DNA of 64,000 nucleotides from the NCBI GenBank assembly GCA_032718475.1, contig JAUCBJ010000566.1, forward strand, positions 1 to 64,000, given 5' to 3'. This DNA is from Nemertoderma westbladi. Its lineage: Eukaryota > Animalia > Xenacoelomorpha. A program made the translations under genes and the position numbers. The notes under the pieces are model-generated. The model had not been told where the DNA came from, did not search any database, and saw only the letters and a program-made list of their open reading frames with translations. Of this stretch, positions 25,067 to 37,071 are shown one piece after another (the stretch's first letter is position 1; each line of letters starts with the position of its first letter).

Positions 25067-25308
25067 CTTCGCACCAATTATTCTGAGCTCCTGTCCTCTT
25101 CTGTTGTAAATTATAATGACATGAATCGACTTTACACTGCCGAGATCCACCCACCACCAGTCAGGAGGAATCCCATCCGAATGGTATCCGCAATCTGATC
25201 CAATCCAAGCTTCAGTCTTTTTGCCATTAGCAGCTAAATTAGCTGTACAATCACCCATTGATGCATCACTACCAGTAGGTTTGTTCACAATATCCAGCTT
25301 TCTTCCAC
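25067..25308 (-). CDS. Host gene exon: N-terminal half of an F-type lectin / F5-8 type C domain
   Basis: AG and GTAAAT boundaries, phase 1 in and phase 0 out (242 bp); ANLAANG...CGYHS...WWWVDLG...IIIYNR. Confidence 0.8.
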
Positions 25309-25426
25309 CTAATCACAATCAAAATAATAATACCAAATATTTCCTACTATTCTCCTACTTCTACAATTAAATTATTATATATCATCTTGGTGATACAACT
25401 ACCTATAAATATTTTAACTTGATAAT

Positions 25427-26062
25427 ATCGTCCCTTTCATTTTGAAACCACCTATATGCCATTTTTGCCGAAATGGAGATTGCTGCATTTCTTTACGTTA
25501 AAATGTATTCTGAATCCGATTAACTCACTTAGAAGGCCATGCTCCCACGTATAACTGAGATATTTATCGTTTCAAAACCACCTATATGCCAGTTTTGCAT
25601 AGACCGCATTATAAAGAAATGTTTTTTTAAAACAACCTATATAACACATTTTACTATTATAAATAGGGTAAGCCCGGGAAAAGTTGATATAAAATTGGAA
25701 ACAACGAATCGAGAAGTAGAATTGTTGTTTATTATGATAGAGGGAGATTTGATTTATATTTTAAAACTTAATAATCAAATTTTTCTTAAGGGTTTTAATG
25801 TTTTTTGAGAAATCATTGTAAAAAATGTAATAAATTTTTTTGAAACAACCTATATTCCAATACATAGTTTCCTACCAAATTTGTGACATAATTCCAATAC
25901 CATATCTATTTTTGTTAAAATCGTTACATTTAATGCATTTAAAAGTAAATAAGACTAAAATCCTGGAATATTTCTTGCAAACAAAATTAGAATCAAAAAT
26001 GCCGTTTTACAGGAAAAGTCAATATTGTCATTTTTAGGTTGTTTGAAAATGAAAGGGACGAT
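25427..26062. mobile_element. Intronic MITE with ~28-bp TIRs
   Basis: ATCGTCCCTTTCATTTTGAAACCACCTA ... TAGGTTGTTTGAAAATGAAAGGGACGAT; internal AAAC(A/C)ACCTATAT repeats. Confidence 0.75.
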
Positions 26063-26364
26063 GTATGTGGCTGTTTCAGGTGGTAAATAGTACCATCCCC
26101 TGAACAACTGTCAAATACTATGATTTGGTTTGGAGGGGCACACACATTGTAAATAATTACATTTGTATGTTTGTAAGATTTGTAAGACTGTGTAAGAAGT
26201 AGAGGAAATCCAGCAGTGCCAGTAAGTAAGTACTTTAGATCAGTAAGATATAGACTTTGCTGATCACTTAGGCGTACTGTCAGAATCACTAGGGGAAGCC
26301 CAAAGGCTCCTCTGCTCATTGGAGCATGTTGCTTCTAGTGTTGTTCTTTTTGTAAACAGCTCTT

Positions 26365-27035
26365 AAAATATGTCTGATTATAAGGGCATAAGCTCTAAAG
26401 ACGGCTTGCTTGAGCATGTAGATGACTTTTTCTACTTGGGATCATGGATCAGAAAGTCATGTGAATACCTTCCGAAAGAGTGAGAGGAAGGCATGGGCAG
26501 CGTTAAAAAGTACGCCAGGATTTGGAAGTCCCATAGAATGAAGGTTATATTATTTATGGCTGTTGTAGTACCAATACTCTTATATGGGAGTCCATGCTGG
26601 GCTCTAACTCCTGAGTACACCAAAAATCTCTGGATGGAACTTTCACAAGAATGCTGCGCCGGGTTCATTGTGTCAAGTACAATGAACACATCTCCAACCA
26701 GTCTATACAACATTGGAGGTGTTCCATTAGTCTCCCCTAGCGTGACACTTGAGTGGAACTGCCTCCACTTTGCAGGACATTGCTTTCGCCGTTAGGACCA
26801 ACCAGTGCATAATCGAGTGCTTTGGCTACCTCATGAAGTGAATAAGCATGGTGGACATCCCATGAATTTCTTGAGACGCATCTTAAAGGACACTGGCCTT
26901 GAAGATGCGGATGATCTAACAAATGCCATGGGTGAGAGGGAGATGTGGCGGCGCAATTCTGTTGACAAGCCGTCACAGCATTCTTAATATATAAGTAATA
27001 TATATATTATGCAGCATGCCGATCGTAGTAGTAGT
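26365..27035 (+). mobile_element. RTE family A 3' fragment (longest contiguous 3' copy in the window)
   Basis: LEHVDDF.YLGSWI, LFMAVVVPILLYGSPCWALT, HFAGHCFR, LKDTGLED, ending GATCGTAGTAGTAG. Confidence 0.85.
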
Positions 27036-27697
27036 TGTTGTAATAGTGCATCCCACATTGCCATGGCGCAAATTCACGATACTATAAATGCCATCGTTCA
27101 ATGTTGGCAGAAGTTCAGTGACATACTATGATACATGGACACAAATAATGTTCTCACACGCTCCAAATTTTGCTAGGATGGCGACTCATTACAACATAAT
27201 CATTGACATCCTAGATATGTTCAGTAGGGCGGTGCGTTTTTTACTTTTTTTCTATTTCATTGTTCTACCGGTGCACAAAAGTTGCCAAATGGTAAGAAAA
27301 TAAGGCCAAAAAAATTTCTTTCAATTTCGTCTATATCTTCACGGATCCCAAGAGGGTTGAAATTTTGTGCCATCGCGATGCACCATAATGACATTTATAA
27401 CAATATAACACATTGATGAAAGATCAATGACTCAAAAAAGAACTTCCTGCATGCATCAAATGTCATCAAATGGGTCCAAACTTAGTTAGATACCACAATT
27501 TTAATTTTCCGATCAATGGAAGTAGTGTCACAGGCAAATGACCAGAACCTACTCTTTGGCGCAAGTGATGATTATTCTCAATTTTGGTGATGGACAACTT
27601 TTAGTTCTCCTACGGCATTAATATTATGCTCATTAGAACCGCAATGACTGATTTAGTGGGGGTAGACACCATCAAAACAAGCATAGAGCGAATAGAT

Positions 27698-28157
27698 CTT
27701 GAGATATTGCAGAAAATGCTAAGTACGGCACAAGTCAACATTACCGCCTTGATGATTTATAGACAAATACACAAAAATGTTACTTCTAATTATCTTAAGG
27801 CATCAAAAATATACACATCACTGCAACAAATTGATTTAGTGTATAAAGACAACTTCAAAATTAAAGAGTAGTGATTAATTCACTATAGTTTTTGTACAAA
27901 ATGTGTGGAATGGGTCAACTCAATATCAAGTAGTAATTGGTGGACATAGTCTTGATATTTTGTAAAATAACTCAAGAACTAATGACTCTTCTTATTTTGA
28001 AGGTGTCTTCACCCACTATATCGATCATTTCTGTGATGTGTCTATTCGTGATTCCTTGAGATAATTCAAAATATCATTTTTAGTGTATTTGTCCATATCA
28101 CATCAAGGCGGTAATGTAGACTTGTGTCAGACTTCACATTTTCTGCGATATCTCAAG
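27698..28157. repeat. Imperfect ~80-bp inverted repeat, probably part of a decayed DNA transposon
   Basis: CTTGAGATATTGCAGAAAATG...ACATTACCGCCTTGATG versus CATCAAGGCGGTAATGT...CATTTTCTGCGATATCTCAAG. Confidence 0.6.
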
Positions 28158-28389
28158 AACTATGAAAATTACAATGAACAATACATTACCCATTACAATG
28201 AAAATTTGACTTTCATAAACTAATTATTAATATCCAATTAGTAATAAATGTACTGCATTTGTTTAAAAATCACAGAGTACTACAACATTTTTCATGTTTA
28301 AGAATATGTTTGATAATAGATACTACCGCGGAAATTGTTGCCATTGAGCATAGACTGAGACTTGAAGTTGAAGTCTAAGTCTAAAAGTT

Positions 28390-28648
28390 AAAAAGGAGTT
28401 GAAAGAGAGTTTAAAAAGAGTTTAAAAAGAGTTAATAAAGAGTTTAAAAAGAGTAGAAAAAGAGTAGAAAAAGAGTTCAAAAACAGTTGAAAAAGGGTTG
28501 AAAAGGAATTGAAATAGAGTTAAAAAACAGTTGAAAAAGAGTTGAAAAAGAGTTGCAAAAGAGTTGCAAAAGAGTTGAAAAAGAGTTGAAAAAGAGTTGA
28601 AATAGAGTTAAAAAAGAGTTGAGAAAGAGTTGAAAATGAGTTGAAAAA
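28390..28648 (+). repeat. 11-bp minisatellite (GAGTTGAAAAA)n, roughly 22 degenerate units
   Basis: Directly visible tandem array upstream of the second CRE-like element. Confidence 0.9.
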
Positions 28649-28962
28649 TTCATTCAATTAAATTCACTTTTTTGAATTTAGACTGAAGACTCTTAGACTT
28701 TAGACTTTTTCAAATCTTAGCTTAGCCTTTAGAGCTTAGAATTTATCTAATTTGACTCGACTATTATTGAGTCAATCATAGATTCCCTAATGATTCACTA
28801 ATGTTTGCAAATTTTCAATGAAACGTTGACTCCAACTATTGAGTATGCTGAACTGCTGGGCCTACTGCCGTACGCTTGCTGACTGGCTGACTGGCTGACT
28901 GCTGGTTTACCGATACCGGTACCGGGTGAGTTCTTGAGATTGTTGAGTTTATCTTTATAAGT

Positions 28963-31900
28963 TTGATCCACTCATTCCTGGCATGTATTCGTGTATCGCA
29001 CCGTTTGATTGTTGTGGCCTGTCTGCTACTCTCAATGAAGTTCGATGAGTTAGTCTCTTCGATGCGCCCGCCTCTTCATGTAGCCTCGGCATATAATTTG
29101 AAGTCTTCGCCACTCCCCGCAACTTCAGTTAACTTGCCGTCGATTTCGCAGCTTCCCGAAATCCCGCTTGATTCCTTGATGAGTCCGCAGCTCACTACAC
29201 CCGTCGCGGTCGCCTCTGTAAAGCCTCTGATGAGTTCGCCGCTCCCTGCGGCCTCGATAAATACATCGATACTGTCAACAGGATCGACGCCGCCAGCGGC
29301 CCAGGTAATCTCTTCGTATATCTTCAACACTTTGGATCCGGAAGCCCCATCCTTCTCATTGGCTAATTCTCATATACCGGAGAACAAAGCAGAACAAAAG
29401 ATCAACGACATAATGGAGGACGGAACCCGTTTCAATATAAGATTCAAGGAGAAAGAAATACAGTCTATCGCCTCTTTTGTCGACAATGGTGCTTACAGTA
29501 GCAAGCCTATACCCGAGAGTTCCGATCTGTCTAATGAGAGCGTTATCTTGGATCCCTTTTCGCAAGTTAACTCCTATAATCCCAACAACCCAACTTCAAT
29601 ACAAGAACGAATAGCGCAATTCCTCTCTTCAAATGATTAAAACCTAAAGTTAAGCTAACAAAATCCGATGTAATTGATTTGGACTCTCTTAAGCCAGGAA
29701 CTTGGTTAAACAGCTCAATCATTGACGAGTTCCTAAGCATTTTAGATCATCACACTGCAAACACACAATGTGACGGGGCTACTTCTTCAGTATGATCAGC
29801 CTTAGGATCTTACATCAGTATGGACGAGTTTAACATGGTTTCAGCTGTAAAGATTAGCGCAAATCAATACCGAGCAGCCCAACACTACCTTAAAACCTGC
29901 TGCCCTACAACAACTGTCTACCTGCTAGCTCCTGAGTGGAAAAGCAATCACTTCACATTACATGCAGCTAACGTCAGAGACCGAGAGATGGTAACATATT
30001 GCTCTCTGGGAAACATTTACCCGACCTCAACTTCTTCGAAAATTTGCAATGTGCTGAACACGATCGATAATAACTCTCCAGCCAACCAGGGGAGGCTTCT
30101 CAATAGATGGCGTCCTATTACAGCCCAACCATTCGTCCCAATACAGTCAAACGGCTATGATTGCGGTATCTAATCCTGTCTCTATGGGTATCTTTTGGCT
30201 TATAAACAACAGGATTAAGGCGCAATAATAGTCCAACTAGAGGAAAGCATCCCTATACCAGAGTGGATAAAAGTCGTAATTCCATAAAAATTCTTATCAA
30301 TCATTCCGTCTAGCCCACAAAAGGACGCAAATATAATCTCAGATCTAAATTTTATTACCGGTAATAATAACTCTAACAATTATTGTGACTTTATAGATAA
30401 CAAGTTCTCTGCTGATAATAACAGTAGTGTAATCTTTGTCCCCTCGTGCACCAGCCCCCAAGCCCTTTCCCAATGCCCAACCTCAACAATCCCTGCCGCC
30501 CTACCTTCCACGCCCCAGCAGCCACTCCCCCCACCTCCTACGCACCCACCCCACTCCCATGCCTCTCAAGACACAGCAGCCATCGTCCCTCCACCTGACC
30601 CCACGCCCAAGTCCGATTTTCTAACATCCATACATAATCTCAGTGGTCTAAGACTTTGTGACCTTAAGCCACTCCTCAAAGCCAGAGGTCTATCCACTAC
30701 TGGTAATAAGGCAACCCTCCTAGCTCGTCTCACCACTGCACTAATCTCCCCATCTAACCCTTCAACCCTTCCCATTCCCCCCTCCAAGGCTACAGACTCT
30801 AAACCCCGCCAGCAACACGCAAACCCTATCAAACCTGAACCCACCCCTACACAGCAGGACCTCTTCTCTTCACAAACAGCCTCGCCCCTTCCATCCATAG
30901 TATCCATCCTACAAGCTAATGTCCGCACACTCCATCACGTCCCAAAAGCAGCTAGGGATCTTTGGGCTGAGGCCGTCGGCAGAATCTGTGACTCCATAGC
31001 CAGGGATCCCATGAACCCAACCTCTTGGACCCATATCTTCCTCCTCCCCCCATGCACCCTAGCCAACCCCAAAAGAGCAGGTAGATCCCACTGAAAAGAT
31101 ACCGAGAAGTTAGTGAAAGCTAGACTCTGCAAATGGCTCAGTGGAGATATCAGCAGTTTATGGAAAGATATAATCAACGATTCCCAACGACTTGGCCCAA
31201 CTAAACACAAATCCACTAAACTTCCCAGTCCTGAATCAGTTAGATAATCTAATGCTCGTCGAGCCCGCCAGGCCATGGCCGACGGCCAGTACCGTAAGGC
31301 AGTTCAGGCCCTTGTTTCAGAGGGACTTGCACAGACTTCCGAAGAGACATACCAGGACATGCTCGGGAAGCACCCCCAAGCCCCCCCCCCTCTTCTTCCG
31401 ATTGGCCCAGTACCCCCACCAGCCCCCTTCCGCCCAGACTACTACTAGTATCTGCATGCTGCATTGTAGCTGCATTTTTAAGAATGCTGTGCCGGCTTGT
31501 CGACAAAATTGCGCCGCCACAACTCCCTATCACCCATGACATTTACTAGATCATCCGCATCTTCAAGGCCAGTGTCCTTTACGATGCGTCTCAAGTAAGT
31601 CATGGGCTGTCCACCATGCTTATTCACTCCATGAGGCTGCCAAAGTACAAGATTATGCACTGGCTGGTCCTCACGGCAAAAGCAATGTCCTGCAAAGCGG
31701 AGCCCAGAGGACATTGCCAAGGCTATCAAGTCTTTTCCCCCTGGCTCAGTCCCTGGCCCTTTAAAGCTCTGCCCCAACCATCTGAAAGAAGCGATATCAG
31801 CCCCATCGCCAGCCAAGTCCAACCAGGCCCTTGCTGCTATTTGTGCCATTACAAACCAACCGCATGTCCTCAGGTCAGGTCCCGGCCTCGGTCCTCCCAT

Positions 31901-33667
31901 ACCTCTGTGGCGCATCTCTATTCCCTGAAAAGAAGAAAGGTGGTGGTCTCCGTCCCATCGCCGTGGGGGAAATCTTGAGGAGGCTAACCTCCAAATGTCA
32001 TGCAACCACAGTAAACCAGAACGCTTCCAACATCCTCACCCCCCTCCAGGTTGGTGTCAGTACCCCCATTGGCTGCGAGGCCATAATCTGAGCCGTCTCC
32101 TCAGCCCTCGAAGGCCATTCCATCCCAGCAGACAGCAAGTGGGTTCTTCTTGTTGACTTCAGCAACGCATTTAATTCCATCGGCAGCTCACAAATGTTTG
32201 CTGAAGTCAGGGAACACTTGCCCTCTCTTTCCGCATGGGTGGAGGCATGTTAAGGAATCCAGGCTGTCCTCTGGCTTGGTGACCAACTAATCTTCAGCTG
32301 CTCTGGCATCCAACAAGGTGATCCTTTGGGCCCCCTCCTTTTTGCCATAACTTTACACCCAGTGGCCAAGATTATTCGGGCCAAAGTCCCTTCTCTTAAT
32401 TTAATTAATGCCTGGTATTTGGACGATGGCTCACTGGTTGGATCCCCAGACGACTTGTCAAAAGCCTTAGCCATATTAGAACAGGAAGGCTACTTGAGAC
32501 ACCTTCAACTCAACCTAGCCAAATCCCAAGTCTTCATCCCCGCTGGCTCCTCAGTTCATTCGAATCCACTACCACCCTCCATTCCCATCCTCTCCAATGG
32601 TCTAACCCTACTTGGCTCCCCGAATGGTTGCTCTCAATACAGCGAGGAGACCATTATGCTAAGAGTGGCCAAAGTCCGCTCCATCACTGAACGCCTTCCT
32701 GACCGTCAGGATTCCCAGATGGAATCTACCCTTCTTCCATCATGCCTTTATTTACACAAAGTAGTCTTTGCCCTCCGTTGCTGTCCCCCCTCCATGATTT
32801 CGGACTCCTCGCTACAGTTCGATCTTGTCATGCGGGATACCCTCTCTGATCTTGTTGGGGGCTCTCTAAGTGACTGGTCGTACAACAAAGCTTGCCTTCC
32901 AGTCTCGATGGGTGGTCTGGGCCTTAGAACAGCCGTAAACCATTCCCTAGCCGCATATATTGCTTCTGTCTCCCAGTCAGAAACCCTGGTCATTGGAATC
33001 CTAGGCCACTCCCCAGGTAACCGCCACCTCCCCTCTGCACTGGCCTCCTTGTCCGAGCACGCCAATAAACCAGATTGGACCTCCTTGGAAGTCCAAGCTG
33101 CACAATCTGCAGCTCTGGCGCACCGGAGAGAAGTCCCTGGGTTGATTCCTGGCTCCCACAGCAGACCGGCAGATATCTTCCTCCCCAACTGGAGATGGGG
33201 ACATCCCATGGCCCTGGACGTAATGGTGATCTCACCGCTTCAATCCAGAACCATTAACTGCGCTGCGTCCACCCCAGGCTATGCCCTTACTGTTGCACGT
33301 GAATGTAAGCTAGCGCCCACCTCGATGAGTGCCGATCCTAGGGCGTGGGCTTCACCCCCCTGGCTCTTGAGGCACTTGGGGGCTGGGACTCCCACTGCAC
33401 CTCAATCATCTCCAAGATTGGGCGTCTGCAGAATCTCCGTCGCAGTATCCCTGCCAAAGAAGCCGTCAGGTATCTATTCCAGCGCCTGTCAGTGTGTCTG
33501 TGGTGAAGAAATGCTGCGATGTGGCTCCGTAGAAGCTCCAGCCTCCCTCCCCGGGTAGATGGCGTTATGTAAGCGCTTTCTTCCCCTAGGCAAAATTTAT
33601 TTTCCGAGTGCAATTTTGTGTTTTATTTTCATTTAATATAATATTTTGTCATAACGCAAAAAAAAAC
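28963..33667 (+). pseudogene. Decayed second CRE-like non-LTR retrotransposon (Ulp1, SAP, RT, RLE)
   Basis: Ulp1: LKPGTWLNSSIIDEFL (~29690), NHFTL, QSNGYDCGI. SAP: LRLCDLKPLLKARGLSTTGNKATLLARL (~30645-30730). RT: GGLRPIAVGE, QQGDPLGP, WYLDDG. RLE: RPADIFLPNW...ALDV. A-tail at ~33658-33666. Several stops and frameshifts. Confidence 0.88.
31439..31701 (-). mobile_element. RTE family A 3' end inserted in the second CRE-like element
   Basis: 7-bp TSD GCCCAGA (31432-31438, 31702-31708). Removing it restores ...FRPEDIAKAIKSFPPGS.PGP. Confidence 0.9.
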
Positions 33668-33716
33668 TAGACTAAATGTATACCTATTTGCCATAATATA
33701 TTATACTGTAACTTAC

Positions 33717-33839
33717 CACAGTCAATCCCATTTCCAAAGTAACCAGTATTACACTGACATGTAAAACTCCCAACGGTATTTGTGCACTCAGCATTTACAT
33801 TACAGTTGTTTTCGTTGGTATTAGCGCATTCATTGTAGT
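33717..33839 (-). CDS. Host gene exon: calcium-binding EGF domain
   Basis: 123-bp phase 1-1 exon, CAG/GTAAG; DYNECANTNENNCNVNAECTNTVGSFTCQCNTGYFGNGIDC. Confidence 0.9.
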
Positions 33840-33861
33840 CTGAAACAGTAATTTATATTAA

Positions 33862-35245
33862 CCCTATTAGTACCGGGCTATAAAATGTTGTACAAATACC
33901 AGGGTCATCCCTCTAAAATCTACAAATTTTTACAAAAAGGTCTGATTTTTTGTTTGTATGTAGGTATCAGTAGTCTGGATCCGACTGAAAAAAAAATTTC
34001 GAAAAAATGTACTGGGGTGGTTATATTGCAGCACCAAAATTACAAGTAGTGCACAATTTTCACTAATTTTGAAAGTTCCATTTTTTGGCTAAGTGTTTTT
34101 CAATACAGGTTTTCTGGGGCGCAAAATACATTTCAAAATATTTATAAATGTTATGATTACTATAAATGGCTGTTTAGTCCTCTCAGCGTAGGAAAAAATG
34201 AAAAAAACAAGTAACCAGCAATTTTCAGTTAGAACACAACATTTTTAATTCACTTATACGATGCTAAAAATTCACATTTAAATGTTTTCTAGGGCGCTGA
34301 TTCTAATGGAATACATTTATAATATGCTAAATCATTGCTACCTTTATTTCTCGGCGTAATTTGGCAAATATTGGTGCTAGCACCAAATTTCGTACCCATC
34401 ACCAAAAAGTACAGGTCTGCGATGTCCAGTGCTGTTTTTATTGATTCCATCGGATTCAGAACCCTCATAAACCCGTATAACGCAAGAAACAAGATGATAC
34501 TATCTAACTGATCAATTTGCTTATTTTTCAAAATTTGGTGCTGGCACAACAATATTCACCCACCGGCGAAAAATACAAGTTTGTAAACTCTTATGAAATT
34601 TTTACTGATTCCATTGAATTCAGAACCCTCACAAACCCGTATAACGCAAGAAACAAGATGACACAATCAATTGATATATATGATGGTTTTCAAAATTTGG
34701 TGCTAGCACCACATTTTGCACCCACTTCCGAAAAGTACAAGTTTGAGATGTCTAGTTAGATAATTATATATTCCATTGAATTCAGAACAGCCATGAACCT
34801 CTAAAACGCAAGAAATAAATTGTCACACGCAATTTTATCTATTGAATGGATTTTCAAAATTTCGTGCTAGCACCAAAATTTGGCACCCCCGAAAAAAGCA
34901 AGTTTGAAATTTCTAAATCAATTTATATGAATTCCATCCAATTGATAACACCAAAAAACCGGTGTAAATCAAAAATAGAGATGTTACAATTCATATTTAA
35001 TGAAATTTAATTTTCAAAAAACGTCTCAAAAAAAAAGTGCCAAAAGTAGGGTTAAAAAATGGTGCTATAACTCGAAAACTATCCAATATTTTTGAAAACA
35101 GTTCTCACTACTAGGAAGACAATAGATTTTTAGGAAAATTCATAAAATTTAAGATTCCCAACTGCGTTTGTTTCAGAATTATAATAAAAAAACCACGGGG
35201 AAGGGTCATATTGACCCCCCCCCCCCCCCCCCGGGTTTAAGAGGG
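33862..35245. mobile_element. Non-autonomous piggyBac-like element, copy 1 (intronic)
   Basis: TTAA at 33858-61 and 35246-49; CCC...GGG termini; internal GGTGCTAGCACC repeats; inverted homolog of 45910-47462. Confidence 0.88.
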
Positions 35246-35352
35246 TTAAGTTTGACAAGAATTAATGGCATAGGACTATACTGCTATATAGTACTGTATG
35301 TGTTGTGATCCAATTACTTTCCAGTATGAATGAATGATATGATACAACTTAC

Positions 35353-35475
35353 CACAATCAATTCCATCACCAACGTAACCAGTATTACACTGACATGTAA
35401 AACTCCCAATAGTGTTTGTGCACTCAGCATTTACATTACAGTTGTTTTCGTTTGTATCAGCGCATTCATTGTAAT
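35353..35475 (-). CDS. Host gene exon: calcium-binding EGF domain
   Basis: 123-bp phase 1-1 exon, CAG/GTAAG; DYNECADTNENNCNVNAECTNTIGSFTCQCNTGYVGDGIDC. Confidence 0.9.
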
Positions 35476-35497
35476 CTGAAACAGTAATTTATATTAA

Positions 35498-35690
35498 CCC
35501 TATTACCACTGTGGTGTTTAGTCCATTAGCAGCACTGGCGGGGGGTTGATTTCCCCCCCCCCCCCCCCCCCCATTGTATTTTAGTAATCGTCGAATGAAA
35601 TCCTACAAAATTTGGGCTGTAGGTGAAAAAATTATCGTAGAACACTTCCAAACCTTAAAAAAGTTAAATTTCGTAAGCTGAGTATCATAA
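35498..35690. mobile_element. Single end of a different piggyBac-like element
   Basis: TTAA-CCCTATTA followed by a GGGGG...CCCCC palindrome like the other piggyBac-like ends; no second TIR found. Confidence 0.5.
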
Positions 35691-35730
35691 TGGATGAAGA
35701 ATAATGAATGATTGATATGATACAACTTAC

Positions 35731-35853
35731 CACAATCAATTCCATCACCACCATAACCAGCATTACACTGACATGTAAAACTCCCAATAGTGTTTGTGCA
35801 ATCAGCATTTACATTACAGTTGTTTTCGTTTGTATCAGCACATTCATTGTAGT
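35731..35853 (-). CDS. Host gene exon: calcium-binding EGF domain
   Basis: 123-bp phase 1-1 exon, TTTTCAG/GTAAG; DYNECADTNENNCNVNADCTNTIGSFTCQCNAGYGGDGIDC. Confidence 0.9.
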
Positions 35854-36649
35854 CTGAAAAATAACTTTGCATGCACTTACAAGAACATAAATACAAATCG
35901 ATCACCAGCTTTTATATCTATAATTGGCCTGCTGTATTGAAACTGCACATTGAGATGCTGGCTTAACAAAAAATATTTTGCCACCACCATGCAATCCACA
36001 ATTGGCAAGCCCAATGCAGCGTGCATTAAGAATGCTATGCCGGCTCATCAGCAAAGTTGCACCGGCACAACTCCCTGTGGCGGTTTTACCCTGGGTTTAT
36101 CCATAGTTTTATGTTTAGATTTCATTAATTTTGAAAAGTTAAATCATCTCTTAAAAAACAGGCATATTATCAAACATTCTTGCAGGGTATACGAATTCAC
36201 ACAATACATGGCAAAGTATAGATATATACTCAGAAAAAATACACATACTGCCATACTGCTGTACCGGTACTTGGGCTTGAACCTACTAATGATTGTAATA
36301 TATACACTATACACTATACATACAGGTCACTCACTATATTTACCATGGCCTACTATATATATAGGCTATAATATCATTTCTTATTAAATATAAATCAAAA
36401 CTACTAAATGTATTTATAATATATGACACTCCCATCGTAGTTTCAAAGACTTATTTGAAACTAATAATTATAAAGTGCACAAAATTATTTAATTGCACAA
36501 TATGCCTACTACTAAATACACATTCAAATAGCTCAAAAAAATACATTTCACAAAAATATTTATGTCAAAACAATATATATTTAATAATTTTTTAATTATT
36601 TAATACTTTTAATTTAAAAAAATTAATAAAAATTTCATTAATTAACCGC

Positions 36650-37066
36650 GTTTTCAAGGAAATTTTACTTTAATTTCCGTCGTTTAATTCGAGCGGTAAG
36701 TTGGCATTTTGCGCTTACTAAGGAATTAGCTTCCTTTTTATTGGTGCTATCGATAGCCGCGATGAACGAACTTTACCGTCGTTTGAAAGACGGATTTCGA
36801 CGGAAAGCGACACATTTTCCACATACATCTTGGTAACCGTTCTGAATGTAATATGCACACATCTCCCACCTTTGGAAAATCGGCGTTCACGCATTTATTT
36901 GTTTGTTTGTGTTGAGAGCGTAATACTCTCACATATTCAGTTCGCTAACGCGATAATTATTTGCACAATTTCCTGATATCTAACACGGTTAACTAAGTCT
37001 GTGCGTGATGTCAGTGGAATGTGCATTGTGCAATCAAACTGATGCGTCAGGCAATGTAGAGAGTCA
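36650..37066 (-). pseudogene. Older BEL/Pao remnant, integrase C-terminal part (continuation of 54715-55660)
   Basis: PKVGDVCILHSERLPRCMWKM. Joins across the GGTTC TSD to EPLSPSHFLIG...LSTLPD. Confidence 0.75.
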
Positions 37067-37071
37067 GGTTC

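Noticed and set aside
33655-33700. TSD or specific target site for the second CRE-like element
   Set aside because: No convincing duplicate of the post-poly(A) sequence was found upstream of 28963.
34360-34900. Spaced GGTGCTAGCACC palindromes (also 46250-46940) resembling a CRISPR array
   Set aside because: The intervening sequences are homologous to each other, the array lies inside a piggyBac-like element, the context is eukaryotic, and there are no cas genes.
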